Below are positions 1 through 8,499 of a stretch of DNA of 39,231 nt, piece by piece. The notes below the pieces were generated by a model that saw only the letters and a program-made list of their open reading frames with translations, made no database searches and was not told the DNA's origin. Source of the DNA: a virus (lineage: Duplodnaviria; Caudoviricetes). The stretch is from positions 1 to 39,231 of IMG/VR virus record IMGVR_UViG_3300032247_001903. The stretch is one strand, 5' to 3'. A program made the translations under genes and the position numbers. The stretch's first letter is position 1; every line of letters begins with the position of its first letter.

Positions 1-1
1 A

Positions 2-421
2 CTACTTGAACATATTACACGCAAAGAAGTTGATAAGGAAGGTGTTAAAGATCGTGTAATGGAAGAATTTACTAAAATGGATAAAGGATCTCGTATATTA
101 GCCTATCGTATGTTATTGGAAATATTCAATAGCAAATACTCTACTTTATCTGATCGTCAAAAATTAATATTAAAAGAATTTATTAATAATATCACTAACA
201 CAACTAAATTACGTGATTTTGTTAATAATAACTTTACTATTATAATTAAAGAAATTAATAAAATTATACCTACAGTATCTGATAAAACAACTCAGATTAA
301 ATTAACTGAGGTAATTACATTGTTACATCCATTAGACAAATCACAAAGTGTAAAAGATGAAAACATTATTTCACTTTTACAATATTATCAATTGATTGAA
401 GAATTAAAAAGCGTTAAATAA
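2..421 (+). CDS. 5'-truncated hypothetical head-region protein
   Basis: The frame is open from position 2 (LLEHITRKEVDKEGVKDRV) into the ATG at 59, so the gene starts before the window. It lies directly upstream of the head cluster. Confidence 0.75.
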   Translation, partial: LLEHITRKEVDKEGVKDRVMEEFTKMDKGSRILAYRMLLEIFNSKYSTLSDRQKLILKEFINNITNTTKLRDFVNNNFTIIIKEINKIIPTVSDKTTQIKLTEVITLLHPLDKSQSVKDENIISLLQYYQLIEELKSVK

Positions 422-428
422 AATTAAA

Positions 429-971
429 ATGAAAACACAAATCAACGAAATTAAAAGAATGCAGCAATTAGCTGGTGTTATTAATGAATCACAACTAAAT
501 GAAGAAGAAATAAAAAGTGTTGATCAAGTCTTAGATACTCCAAAAACACAAGAAATTAGTAAAAAATTATCACAAGACCCTGCTTTATTACAAAAAAGTA
601 TAGATCAATTATCAAAATTAGGTATTGATAAAAATACATTAATGAAAGCAGCTCAAGCCTATTCATCTGGAAAAGATGTAGGGAATATTATTGATGATAA
701 AGTAGAAACAGCTGTAGAAAAAGTAAATGAAGCATCAGGATTTACTGATGGTGGTAAAATATTAACAGGGGTAGCAGCAGGACTATCCGGATTATCTTTA
801 GTAGGAGGATTACCTTTCTTAGTAGCAGCAGTTATAATTGGTTTAGTAGGTACCGGAGCGGCCATTGTAGGTAGCAGAATAGATTACAAACAACAACAAC
901 GAGCAGAATCACTTGATCAATTAGATGAAGTTGTTGATAAAGTATTAGCAAAATTACGTAGTACCAAATAA
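429..971 (+). CDS. Putative head-internal protein with N-terminal RMQQLAGV tag and hydrophobic hairpin
   Basis: N-terminus INEIKRMQQLAGVINE; Gly/Ala-rich hydrophobic stretch ILTGVAAGLSGLSLVGGLPFLVAAVIIGLVGTGAAIVG; C-terminal ESLDQLDEVVDKVLAKLR. Confidence 0.7.
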   Translation: MKTQINEIKRMQQLAGVINESQLNEEEIKSVDQVLDTPKTQEISKKLSQDPALLQKSIDQLSKLGIDKNTLMKAAQAYSSGKDVGNIIDDKVETAVEKVNEASGFTDGGKILTGVAAGLSGLSLVGGLPFLVAAVIIGLVGTGAAIVGSRIDYKQQQRAESLDQLDEVVDKVLAKLRSTK

Positions 972-1501
972 TGGATATTAAAGAATATATTAAATCACTT
1001 GTACGCGAATTACTAGATGAAGAATCTACATCAGGCGATGCCGGTGGTTATTTAACTCCTATGGCCTTTGCTAAAAAAGGACAAAAAACAAATGCTGCAA
1101 CCAAACAAGCTGAACGCTCTGGTTGGAAAAAAACAGAAGGAATGCCTAAACATTCCAAAATGTTAGACTATAAAGAATTATGGCCCGGTAAACACTCAGC
1201 TATGAATGAATCATTAAAAGATATTATTAAACAAGAATTACTTAACGAAGTAACATATTCTAAATTTAAAAACGACGTAAAATTCCGTACTAAAAACGAA
1301 CAACTTCACAAAGCAATTCGTGAAGTAAAACGTAAATTAATGGAAATTGATCGTATTGTAGAATATACTTCTCGTATGAAGCAAGAATTAAGTGAAGGTG
1401 AAGAAGGTGTAAAATACTGGAAAGCAACACAAAAGAATGTTGCCACTATTTCTGAAATGGTAAATCAACTTAACAATAAAATTAAAAATTTACAACAGTA
1501 A
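971..1501 (+). CDS. Hypothetical head-associated protein
   Basis: 176 aa, coupled by TAATG overlaps on both sides. Contains amphipathic IKSLVRELLDEE and LKDIIKQELLNE segments and a C-terminal coiled coil. Confidence 0.7.
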   Translation: MDIKEYIKSLVRELLDEESTSGDAGGYLTPMAFAKKGQKTNAATKQAERSGWKKTEGMPKHSKMLDYKELWPGKHSAMNESLKDIIKQELLNEVTYSKFKNDVKFRTKNEQLHKAIREVKRKLMEIDRIVEYTSRMKQELSEGEEGVKYWKATQKNVATISEMVNQLNNKIKNLQQ

Positions 1502-1629
1502 TGGCAAAGGCTAAAAGTGGTGGAACATCACAAAAATTATCATTTGGTAAGCGCAAAACAGGTAAAGCAAAAAAATCATTTAATAAACACGATCGCTCTG
1601 AAAAAACTTACAGAGGTCAAGGAAGATAA
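1501..1629 (+). CDS. Small basic protein (42 aa), possibly DNA-binding or core protein; not in the ORF track
   Basis: ATG at 1501 overlaps the previous stop (TAATG). Translates as MAKAKSGGTSQKLSFGKRKTGKAKKSFNKHDRSEKTYRGQGR* and fills the gap before 1642. Confidence 0.8.
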   Translation: MAKAKSGGTSQKLSFGKRKTGKAKKSFNKHDRSEKTYRGQGR

Positions 1630-1641
1630 AATAATACAAAG

Positions 1642-3288
1642 ATGAAAAGTATAAAACAACAGTATATTGATTTAAAAGAAGGCAGAATGTCACAACACAA
1701 CTTTATGAGAAGTGTTCGTATGTCTTTACCTCAATACATTACTAATGTAACATCATTTAAAGATACGGTTAAAATCCTTAAAAATAAGGGTATATTAAAT
1801 GAAGCTATAATAAATAGTAGTTCTATTGAGTCTCTTCTTAAATCTTATTTAGCTAAAGGATATTCATATTCTGAAGCTATTAGAGCTGTAGCGGCTGAAG
1901 AAGGTATTGATGAAGATATACTTGCATCTCAATACCCACAAGATATTATTGATATTGAAGGACATGAAAGTGAAGATGAAGATGCTGAATTAGAAGATAT
2001 AATTGCTAAAGATGAAGATGAATTAAGTCCTGAAATGTATAAAAATTATGATTTTCCTGGTGGGTTAAGTGAAGATGACGATGAGGAAGAAGCACCTGAA
2101 GATTATGAAGATCCTGATATGTTTGATGCTTATGGTATGGATGCAAGTGAAGGAAAACTTAATGAGACTAAAAAAATTAAAATTAGTGGAGGAATAATTA
2201 AGAAATTTAAACAAAATGGTGATAAATCATATAGTGTTGAATTTGAAGATGGTAGTAAAAAAATAATAGCTGTAAGTAATGATGATTGGGATATCATTAA
2301 AGCTGCTGATAAAGAAATACCTGGATTTGAAGGTACTAAAGATAGTTTAGATAATTTATCTATTAGAGAAGTTAAAAACACTAAATTTGATAAATCAGCA
2401 AAACCAAAATACCCAAACTGGGTAAATGCTTCTGGTAAAGATTATCAAAAATATATAACTCCTGATTCAAGAGTTAATTTACAATCATTAACAACAGGTA
2501 TTAATATTGAACATGAAGAAAATCCTGAAAAATCATATGATGAAATTGTAAAAATTGTAGTAAAAAATCTTGAAAAAGATCCAATATATTACACTTATTA
2601 TAAATTAACAGGTCTTAGAGATCATGAACCATTAAAATTAGATACAACTAATACTCCTGAAGTAATGGCAATGAAAGTTGTTAAAGATGATAATTTAATT
2701 GATAAAGGTAGAAATATGAGACCAGTTAAAGGTGTTGAAAAAATTAAAGCATCTGCAAATAAGGCTTCTAAAGAAACTAATAAAATAGTCAAAGGTGTTG
2801 AAGAATTAACACATACTGCTAAAACAGTTCGTGGTTTACAAAAATTTGCTCCTACTGGTGGTAAAATGAAAACTATTAAACTTAAAGAAGAAATTGATCC
2901 TGAAATTGAAGGAAAACCATCACAAGCTTATTTAGATTTTTTAGCTAAGAAAAAACAGGGTGAAAAAATAATGCAAGCTAAAAATAATAAAGGTCAACTA
3001 TTTTCAGTAAATGATATGGTTGTTGCTCCTGACGGTAAAAAAATTAAAATTACTGGTTTTACAACAGGTAAAGATGGTAAAATGAAAGCTATGTATAGTA
3101 CAGGTATGTTTACTGACGTATATAATTTAGATGATTTAGAGAAAAAACCATCATTTAGACCTGGTGTTGATTTAGGTAAATCATTTGATAAATTTAAATC
3201 AATGTTGGAAGAAATTGTACGTGAAGTAATAGATGAAACTTATGGTGATAATTTAATTGATCCAATAGCAGCGGAAGAAGAAAACTAA
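1642..3288 (+). CDS. Large head-associated protein with acidic tract
   Basis: 548 aa directly upstream of the protease. Has a D/E-rich region, several (L/I)xE sites (LNE twice, IRE, LKE) and C-terminal LEEIVREVIDE. Confidence 0.7.
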   Translation: MKSIKQQYIDLKEGRMSQHNFMRSVRMSLPQYITNVTSFKDTVKILKNKGILNEAIINSSSIESLLKSYLAKGYSYSEAIRAVAAEEGIDEDILASQYPQDIIDIEGHESEDEDAELEDIIAKDEDELSPEMYKNYDFPGGLSEDDDEEEAPEDYEDPDMFDAYGMDASEGKLNETKKIKISGGIIKKFKQNGDKSYSVEFEDGSKKIIAVSNDDWDIIKAADKEIPGFEGTKDSLDNLSIREVKNTKFDKSAKPKYPNWVNASGKDYQKYITPDSRVNLQSLTTGINIEHEENPEKSYDEIVKIVVKNLEKDPIYYTYYKLTGLRDHEPLKLDTTNTPEVMAMKVVKDDNLIDKGRNMRPVKGVEKIKASANKASKETNKIVKGVEELTHTAKTVRGLQKFAPTGGKMKTIKLKEEIDPEIEGKPSQAYLDFLAKKKQGEKIMQAKNNKGQLFSVNDMVVAPDGKKIKITGFTTGKDGKMKAMYSTGMFTDVYNLDDLEKKPSFRPGVDLGKSFDKFKSMLEEIVREVIDETYGDNLIDPIAAEEEN

Positions 3289-3292
3289 TAAT

Positions 3293-3910
3293 ATGAACAA
3301 ATCATTATTAATAGATCATACCCCATTTCAACAGGCTAAACTAACTATTTTAGAAAATAAACAGTTAGGTGAAGGAAAATCTTTAGTTACTCTTGAAGGC
3401 AAACTACAAGCTGCAGATCAAGAAAATGGTAACAATCGTAAATATCCTTTTGACGTTCTTAAACGTGAAGTAGATAAATACATAGAAGGTCCTGTAAAAA
3501 CACGTACATCTTTAGGAGAACTTGATCATCCTGAAGCATCTGTTGTTAATCTATCAAATACATCACACGTTATTACTAAAATATGGTGGGATGGAAATAG
3601 TGTTATGGGACAACTGCAACTACTACCTACCCCCGCAGGTAATATTGCTAAAGCACTAATACTATCGGGTATACCTTTAGGTATATCATCTCGTGGTATG
3701 GGTAGTGTTAAACAATTAGGTGAAACAGTAGAAGTACAAGACGATTTTGAATTATTATGTTGGGATCTAGTATCAGTACCATCAACTCCAAACGCTTATA
3801 TGTCATTAGCTGAATCTAAGCAATTTGGCTCTAAAAAAGATTATAGTAAAGTAAATAGTTTAATTACAGAAATCATTTGTAACGCAACAGGAGTATGCCC
3901 ATTATGTTAA
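3293..3910 (+). CDS. gp21: Prohead core protease (T4 gp21-like)
   Basis: Motifs NGNNRKYP, LGELDHPE, GISSRGMGS and WDLVSVPSTPNAY are characteristic of gp21-type proteases. Located upstream of scaffold and capsid. Confidence 0.95.
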   Translation: MNKSLLIDHTPFQQAKLTILENKQLGEGKSLVTLEGKLQAADQENGNNRKYPFDVLKREVDKYIEGPVKTRTSLGELDHPEASVVNLSNTSHVITKIWWDGNSVMGQLQLLPTPAGNIAKALILSGIPLGISSRGMGSVKQLGETVEVQDDFELLCWDLVSVPSTPNAYMSLAESKQFGSKKDYSKVNSLITEIICNATGVCPLC

Positions 3911-4362
3911 TACAAGAAGCAAAACGTTGGCAACATTTAGCTGGTATAATTACTGAAAATGTTAATATATCATATACTGCTGTAGTTTTAACTAAAGATT
4001 CTCATAATAAGCTTTTATCATTAGTACCTAAAGGATGGGATAGTTCAAAAACATGTCATCATTGTACATTAAATATGGGTAAAGCTAAAGAAAATATTAT
4101 ACCTTGGTTAGATAAAAAAATATCACTTGATATACTTGGATTTGCTACTGATGATAAAGTATGTGCTGTAAAAGTTAAATTACCTAATGATTTAACAATT
4201 TCTGGTATTCCTCATATTACTATAGCAATAACAAATGGTGGAAAACCTTTTTTAGCAGGAAAATTAGATTATTCAAATATGTCTACTCCCCCCAATATGC
4301 CTTCTAAAGTAGAAGGTATAATAAAAGAAGTACCTGAAGGTGATTATTCATTTGTTGATTAA
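3904..4362 (+). CDS. 2H phosphoesterase-like protein with N-terminal RWQHLAGI tag
   Basis: Two HxT motifs: HCTL (4060-4071) and HITI (4213-4224). The likely start is ATG 3904, overlapping the protease stop; the track gives 3895. Confidence 0.7.
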   Translation: MLIQEAKRWQHLAGIITENVNISYTAVVLTKDSHNKLLSLVPKGWDSSKTCHHCTLNMGKAKENIIPWLDKKISLDILGFATDDKVCAVKVKLPNDLTISGIPHITIAITNGGKPFLAGKLDYSNMSTPPNMPSKVEGIIKEVPEGDYSFVD

Positions 4363-4369
4363 TATTTAT
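4363..4369 (+). promoter_or_regulatory. TATTTAT putative late promoter
   Basis: Recurrent intergenic motif, here upstream of 4392. Confidence 0.6.
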
Positions 4370-4391
4370 ATATGTTTAAATTAAAATAAAA

Positions 4392-5510
4392 ATGCCACAA
4401 TTTATTAATGAAGCAAAACGCTGGCAAAAGCTAGCTAATATTCTTACTGAAGCAGTAGAAGTACCATCTTGGTTAGCTGGTAAATTAGAAGATGTTCATA
4501 CTAAACCTGGTCAAGGTTCAATATTTGCTAAATCTGTTAGTGATGTATTAAAATTAGCACAAGATGCCTTAGATAAAGAACAAAATATTGATAAAATTGC
4601 TAATAGTACTGGTACATTAACAATAAAATCCCCAGGTATTGGATATAATTTAGTATTGCCTATTAATAAAGCTAAAGCATTACCTGGAGCTAAAGAAAGT
4701 GAAGTAGAAAAAGCTGAAGGTCCTAATAAAATAAAAGTACCTGCTATCACTACATCAGCTCCTTTAACTCAATTTAAAACAGATGATCTAACAGTTATTG
4801 TTCGTCCTAAAAAGGATGAAAGTGGTGCTGTAATTCCTAATGAATATATTGTATTATCTGCTTTTCCTGGTGATCCTAGTATTCCTAGAGCATCAGAATG
4901 GGGTGGAAAATATGCTGTGATTATTCCTGGTAAAAAAGAAGAAATGAATGAAGAATTACAATATTTTCATAATGGAGCTGATAAAAATCAAATCATTAAT
5001 TATGATGATAGTGATATAACAGATGATTTAGAATCATTTGGTCAAGGTTCAATGGATGGACAAGACTTTACTCCTGGTAAAACATATAATATTGGAGGAC
5101 AAGAATATAAAATAGAACCTAAAGGTGATGAATTTAAACTTGTTTTAGCTGAATCAATTGACAACTTAGATGAAATAGTTGATAGAGTATTAACAAAAAT
5201 GCGTAGAAGATTAAATGAAAATGCAGATGCAGAAGAAAAAGTAAATAATTTTTTATATAGTGATGATATAGAACAATCTACTGGAGTTACTAGTTTTGAG
5301 ACTTGCGATGAAGATGATTGGAAAAAAGTAAAAAACTATATTAATGGAAAAGGAATTAATGGAATAACAGGCAAACAAGTATTTTTCCACAATAACCCAG
5401 ATGTAACAGAACAAGAATTTGATAAGTACTATGAGGCTTGGCTTGATTATATTGAAGAGCAAAGAGGATATGAACGTATGAATCAACAGGATATGAATTG
5501 GGATCAATAA
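4392..5510 (+). CDS. Multidomain putative head-internal protein with N-terminal RWQKLANI tag
   Basis: N-terminus INEAKRWQKLANILTE; internal ESIDNLDEIVDRVLTKMRRRLNE is shared with the 429 ORF; preceded by TATTTAT. Confidence 0.7.
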   Translation: MPQFINEAKRWQKLANILTEAVEVPSWLAGKLEDVHTKPGQGSIFAKSVSDVLKLAQDALDKEQNIDKIANSTGTLTIKSPGIGYNLVLPINKAKALPGAKESEVEKAEGPNKIKVPAITTSAPLTQFKTDDLTVIVRPKKDESGAVIPNEYIVLSAFPGDPSIPRASEWGGKYAVIIPGKKEEMNEELQYFHNGADKNQIINYDDSDITDDLESFGQGSMDGQDFTPGKTYNIGGQEYKIEPKGDEFKLVLAESIDNLDEIVDRVLTKMRRRLNENADAEEKVNNFLYSDDIEQSTGVTSFETCDEDDWKKVKNYINGKGINGITGKQVFFHNNPDVTEQEFDKYYEAWLDYIEEQRGYERMNQQDMNWDQ

Positions 5511-5543
5511 TTAAAATAACTCGCGGTTTCTAATATCTACATA

Positions 5544-5550
5544 TATTTAT
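5544..5550 (+). promoter_or_regulatory. TATTTAT putative late promoter (scaffold-capsid)
   Basis: Recurrent intergenic motif; CGGTTT lies upstream. Confidence 0.65.
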
Positions 5551-5664
5551 GGGCATCCTAAAATGGGTTGCCCATTCTTATTGCAACTCAGGTAATTCTA
5601 CAAACCCCCCATTAAGATTCTTAATAATCTTATTTCCGTAATTAAATTTAAGGAGAAACAATTT

Positions 5665-6780
5665 ATGTCAAACAAAGACTTATTTAAAGAGGCTATCGCC
5701 GACGCTAAAGCCGTACGCGAAGCTGCGTTAGCAAACGCAAAGGTTGCTCTTGAAGAAGCTCTCGCTCCAAAACTCCAATCTATGTTATCTGCAAAGTTAC
5801 AAGAAATGGAATATAAAGAGGAAGGACTTGAAGAAAGAGACATGTTTAGCTCTGAAGATTCAAGCGACGAAATTCAAGACATGTACAGAAAAAACAATGC
5901 TGCTCTTGAAGAAGAAGAACTTGAAGAAAATTTTGATTTATCTGAAATTTTAGCTGAATTAGAATTAGAAGAAAAATCATCTCCAAACAATCCATTTTCC
6001 GATGAAGAACCTTTTGAAGACATTAAAGGTACTGAAAAAGGATATGTTGGTGGAAAAAAAGATGTACCTGGAACTGAAAAAGGCTACGTTTCTGAAGCTG
6101 AAGACGAAGAATCTGAAGAAGAAGCTCCTGAAGCTGAAGAAGTTGAAGGTGAAGAAAAAATCACTGATTTAACAGTTGATGAATTAAAAGACATGATCAA
6201 AGACATCGTTTATGCTGAATTAGAGCATGAAGAAGAAGAAACCCCAGCTGATGAAGAACATGAAGCTGAAGGTGAAGATGAAATGTCAATTGATTTAGAC
6301 GACGAGCATGAAAAAGATGCTATGGACGAAGAAATCGATTTAGAAGAATTATTAGCTGAATTAGATGAAATGGGTAACCAAAACATGGAAGATGAATCTA
6401 TGTATGAAGCTAAAAAGAAAAAAGAAGATGAAAAAGAAATGAAAGAAGCAATTAATACTATTGCAACTCTTCGTAACGAACTTAATGAAGTTAATCTTCT
6501 TAACGCTAAATTGCTTTATGTAAATAAAATCTTCAAAGCTAAGAATTTGAACGAATCACAAAAACTTAAAGTAATTGCTCAATTTGATAAAGCAACTACT
6601 GCAAAAGAAGCTAAAGCTATTTTTGAATCTATGAATAGTGCTATTGCAAAATCTGCAAAGAGTACAATCAAAGAATCATTAGGATTTGCTTCTAAAGCTG
6701 CTGGTGTTGCACCTAAAAAACCAATTGTTGATGAAACAATGTCTAGGTGGCAAATGTTAGCAGGTATTACAAAATATTAA
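5665..6780 (+). CDS. Prohead scaffold/core protein (gp22-like)
   Basis: Very acidic coiled-coil protein immediately upstream of the major capsid gene. AAGGAG Shine-Dalgarno at about 5650. Ends RWQMLAGITKY. Confidence 0.85.
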   Translation: MSNKDLFKEAIADAKAVREAALANAKVALEEALAPKLQSMLSAKLQEMEYKEEGLEERDMFSSEDSSDEIQDMYRKNNAALEEEELEENFDLSEILAELELEEKSSPNNPFSDEEPFEDIKGTEKGYVGGKKDVPGTEKGYVSEAEDEESEEEAPEAEEVEGEEKITDLTVDELKDMIKDIVYAELEHEEEETPADEEHEAEGEDEMSIDLDDEHEKDAMDEEIDLEELLAELDEMGNQNMEDESMYEAKKKKEDEKEMKEAINTIATLRNELNEVNLLNAKLLYVNKIFKAKNLNESQKLKVIAQFDKATTAKEAKAIFESMNSAIAKSAKSTIKESLGFASKAAGVAPKKPIVDETMSRWQMLAGITKY

Positions 6781-6808
6781 TTAACAAACCCAATTAAAAT
6801 CGTTTAAA

Positions 6809-8401
6809 ATGAACGTACAACAATTACTCGAATCATCTAACCAATACAAAAATGTAATGGAAGATGCTCAAAAATTGTCTAGTAAGTGGGCAAAATCTGG
6901 TCTTTTAGAAGGTATCAGATCTACTACTGACAAAAACACAATGGCAATGTTGCTTGAAAATCAAGCAAAACAATTAATCTCTGAAGCTTCACAAACTGGT
7001 GGTGCTGCTGGTACAACTGGTGCTGGTTATCCTGCTGAAGGTTGGAATGGCGTTGCTCTTCCATTAGTTCGCCGTGTATTTGGTGAAATCGCTGCTAAAG
7101 AATTCGTTAGTGTACAACCAATGAACTTACCTTCAGGACTTGTATTCTATCTTGATTTCAAATATGGTACTAGCGTTAAACCATTCACTTCTGGTGGTTC
7201 TTTATATGGTGCTAATGCTTCTACAAACGTAACTGACATTACTTCTCAGTCTCTTTATGGTGCTGGTAAGTTTGGTTACTCTATCAACCAATATTCAGCT
7301 TCTATTACTAATGCAGCTACAGCTTCAGTTGCTTGGTCTGATGTTAACTTTGATCAGAACTATGTAGTTACTAGTTCTTACAAGAAAATTACAGTTCCAC
7401 TTCCTTCAAATGCTGATCTAAATGGTGCTCGTGCTTTTGTATTCTCATCAGGTTCAATTAATGTAACTGATATTTTACAAGCATTTACTACTGTATCTAA
7501 TAACACAGCTTCTTTTATTGTAACTGGTTCATTAGTAGCTGCTAACATGAGTCCAACTGCTGCTACTGTACTTTTATATTATGATGTACAACCTACATCT
7601 GATGTTCGTGGTGATTTTGAAGACGGTTCTACTAAAACTAACGGTGCAACTCAAATTTCTATCCCAGAAATTAACGTTCAATTAAAATCTGAAGCTATTG
7701 TTGCTAAAACTCGTAAGTTAAAAGCACAATGGACTCCGGAATTTGCTCAAGACCTTAACGCTTACCATAGTGTTGATGCTGAAGCCGAATTAACTGGTAT
7801 CCTTTCTCAGTATATTTCTATGGAAATTGATCTTGAGATTTTAGATATGTTAATTCAGAACGCTTTCACAACTGAAAGATGGACAGCTGTTAATAACACA
7901 GCTTTAGATTCTTCAGGTAACGCTACAGCTTTAGGTTACTATAACACTCAAGGTGGTTGGTTCCAAACTTTAGGTACTAAGTTACAGAAAGTTTCTAATA
8001 TTATCCATCAGTTAACTCTTCGTGGTGGTGCTAATTTCTTAGTAACTTCTCCAACTGTAGCTACAATCCTTGAATCAATTCCTGGATTTGCTGCTGATGG
8101 TGATGGTGAAAAATTACAGTACAACTTTGGTATCCAAAAAGTTGGTTCTCTTAACAGTCGTTACAAGGTTTACAAAAACCCATATATGACTGAGAACGTG
8201 ATCCTTATGGGTTACAAAGGTGCTCAGTTCCTTGAGTGTGGTGCTGTATTTGCTCCATATGTTCCATTGATCATGACTCCACTTCTTTACGATCCTAATA
8301 CCTTCACACCAAGAAAAGGTTTGATGACTAGGTACGCTAAGAAGATGATCCGTCCTGATTATTATGGTAAGATCTATGTTGCTGGTTTAAATACTCTTTA
8401 A
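6809..8401 (+). CDS. gp23: Major capsid protein (T4 gp23-like)
   Basis: Motifs LLENQ, LPLVRR, VQPMNLPSGLVFYL, AKTRKLKAQWTPEFAQDLNAYHSVDAEAEL, APYVPL and FTPRKGLMTRYA. Confidence 0.97.
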   Translation: MNVQQLLESSNQYKNVMEDAQKLSSKWAKSGLLEGIRSTTDKNTMAMLLENQAKQLISEASQTGGAAGTTGAGYPAEGWNGVALPLVRRVFGEIAAKEFVSVQPMNLPSGLVFYLDFKYGTSVKPFTSGGSLYGANASTNVTDITSQSLYGAGKFGYSINQYSASITNAATASVAWSDVNFDQNYVVTSSYKKITVPLPSNADLNGARAFVFSSGSINVTDILQAFTTVSNNTASFIVTGSLVAANMSPTAATVLLYYDVQPTSDVRGDFEDGSTKTNGATQISIPEINVQLKSEAIVAKTRKLKAQWTPEFAQDLNAYHSVDAEAELTGILSQYISMEIDLEILDMLIQNAFTTERWTAVNNTALDSSGNATALGYYNTQGGWFQTLGTKLQKVSNIIHQLTLRGGANFLVTSPTVATILESIPGFAADGDGEKLQYNFGIQKVGSLNSRYKVYKNPYMTENVILMGYKGAQFLECGAVFAPYVPLIMTPLLYDPNTFTPRKGLMTRYAKKMIRPDYYGKIYVAGLNTL

Positions 8402-8412
8402 TCCTAACATAT

Positions 8413-8436
8413 AATTTAACCCCGTAAGGTTAAATT
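8413..8436 (+). other. Stem-loop with GTAA (GNRA) loop downstream of the capsid gene
   Basis: AATTTAACCCC-GTAA-GGTTAAATT, immediately 5' of the terminator. Confidence 0.5.
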
Positions 8437-8441
8437 TAAAG

Positions 8442-8467
8442 AACCCGAGCTTAGCTCGGGTTTTTTT
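8442..8467 (+). terminator. Rho-independent terminator after major capsid
   Basis: AACCCGAGC-TTA-GCTCGGGTT followed by a T run. Confidence 0.9.
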
Positions 8468-8472
8468 ATTCA

Positions 8473-8479
8473 TATTTAT
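8473..8479 (+). promoter_or_regulatory. TATTTAT putative late promoter (phoH)
   Basis: Directly after the capsid terminator. Confidence 0.65.
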
Positions 8480-8499
8480 ATGAAACAAATAAACCATTT

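Noticed and set aside
5511-5664. tRNA or known ncRNA in the largest intergenic gap
   Set aside because: No cloverleaf, T-loop or recognisable family motif; kept only as a structured leader.
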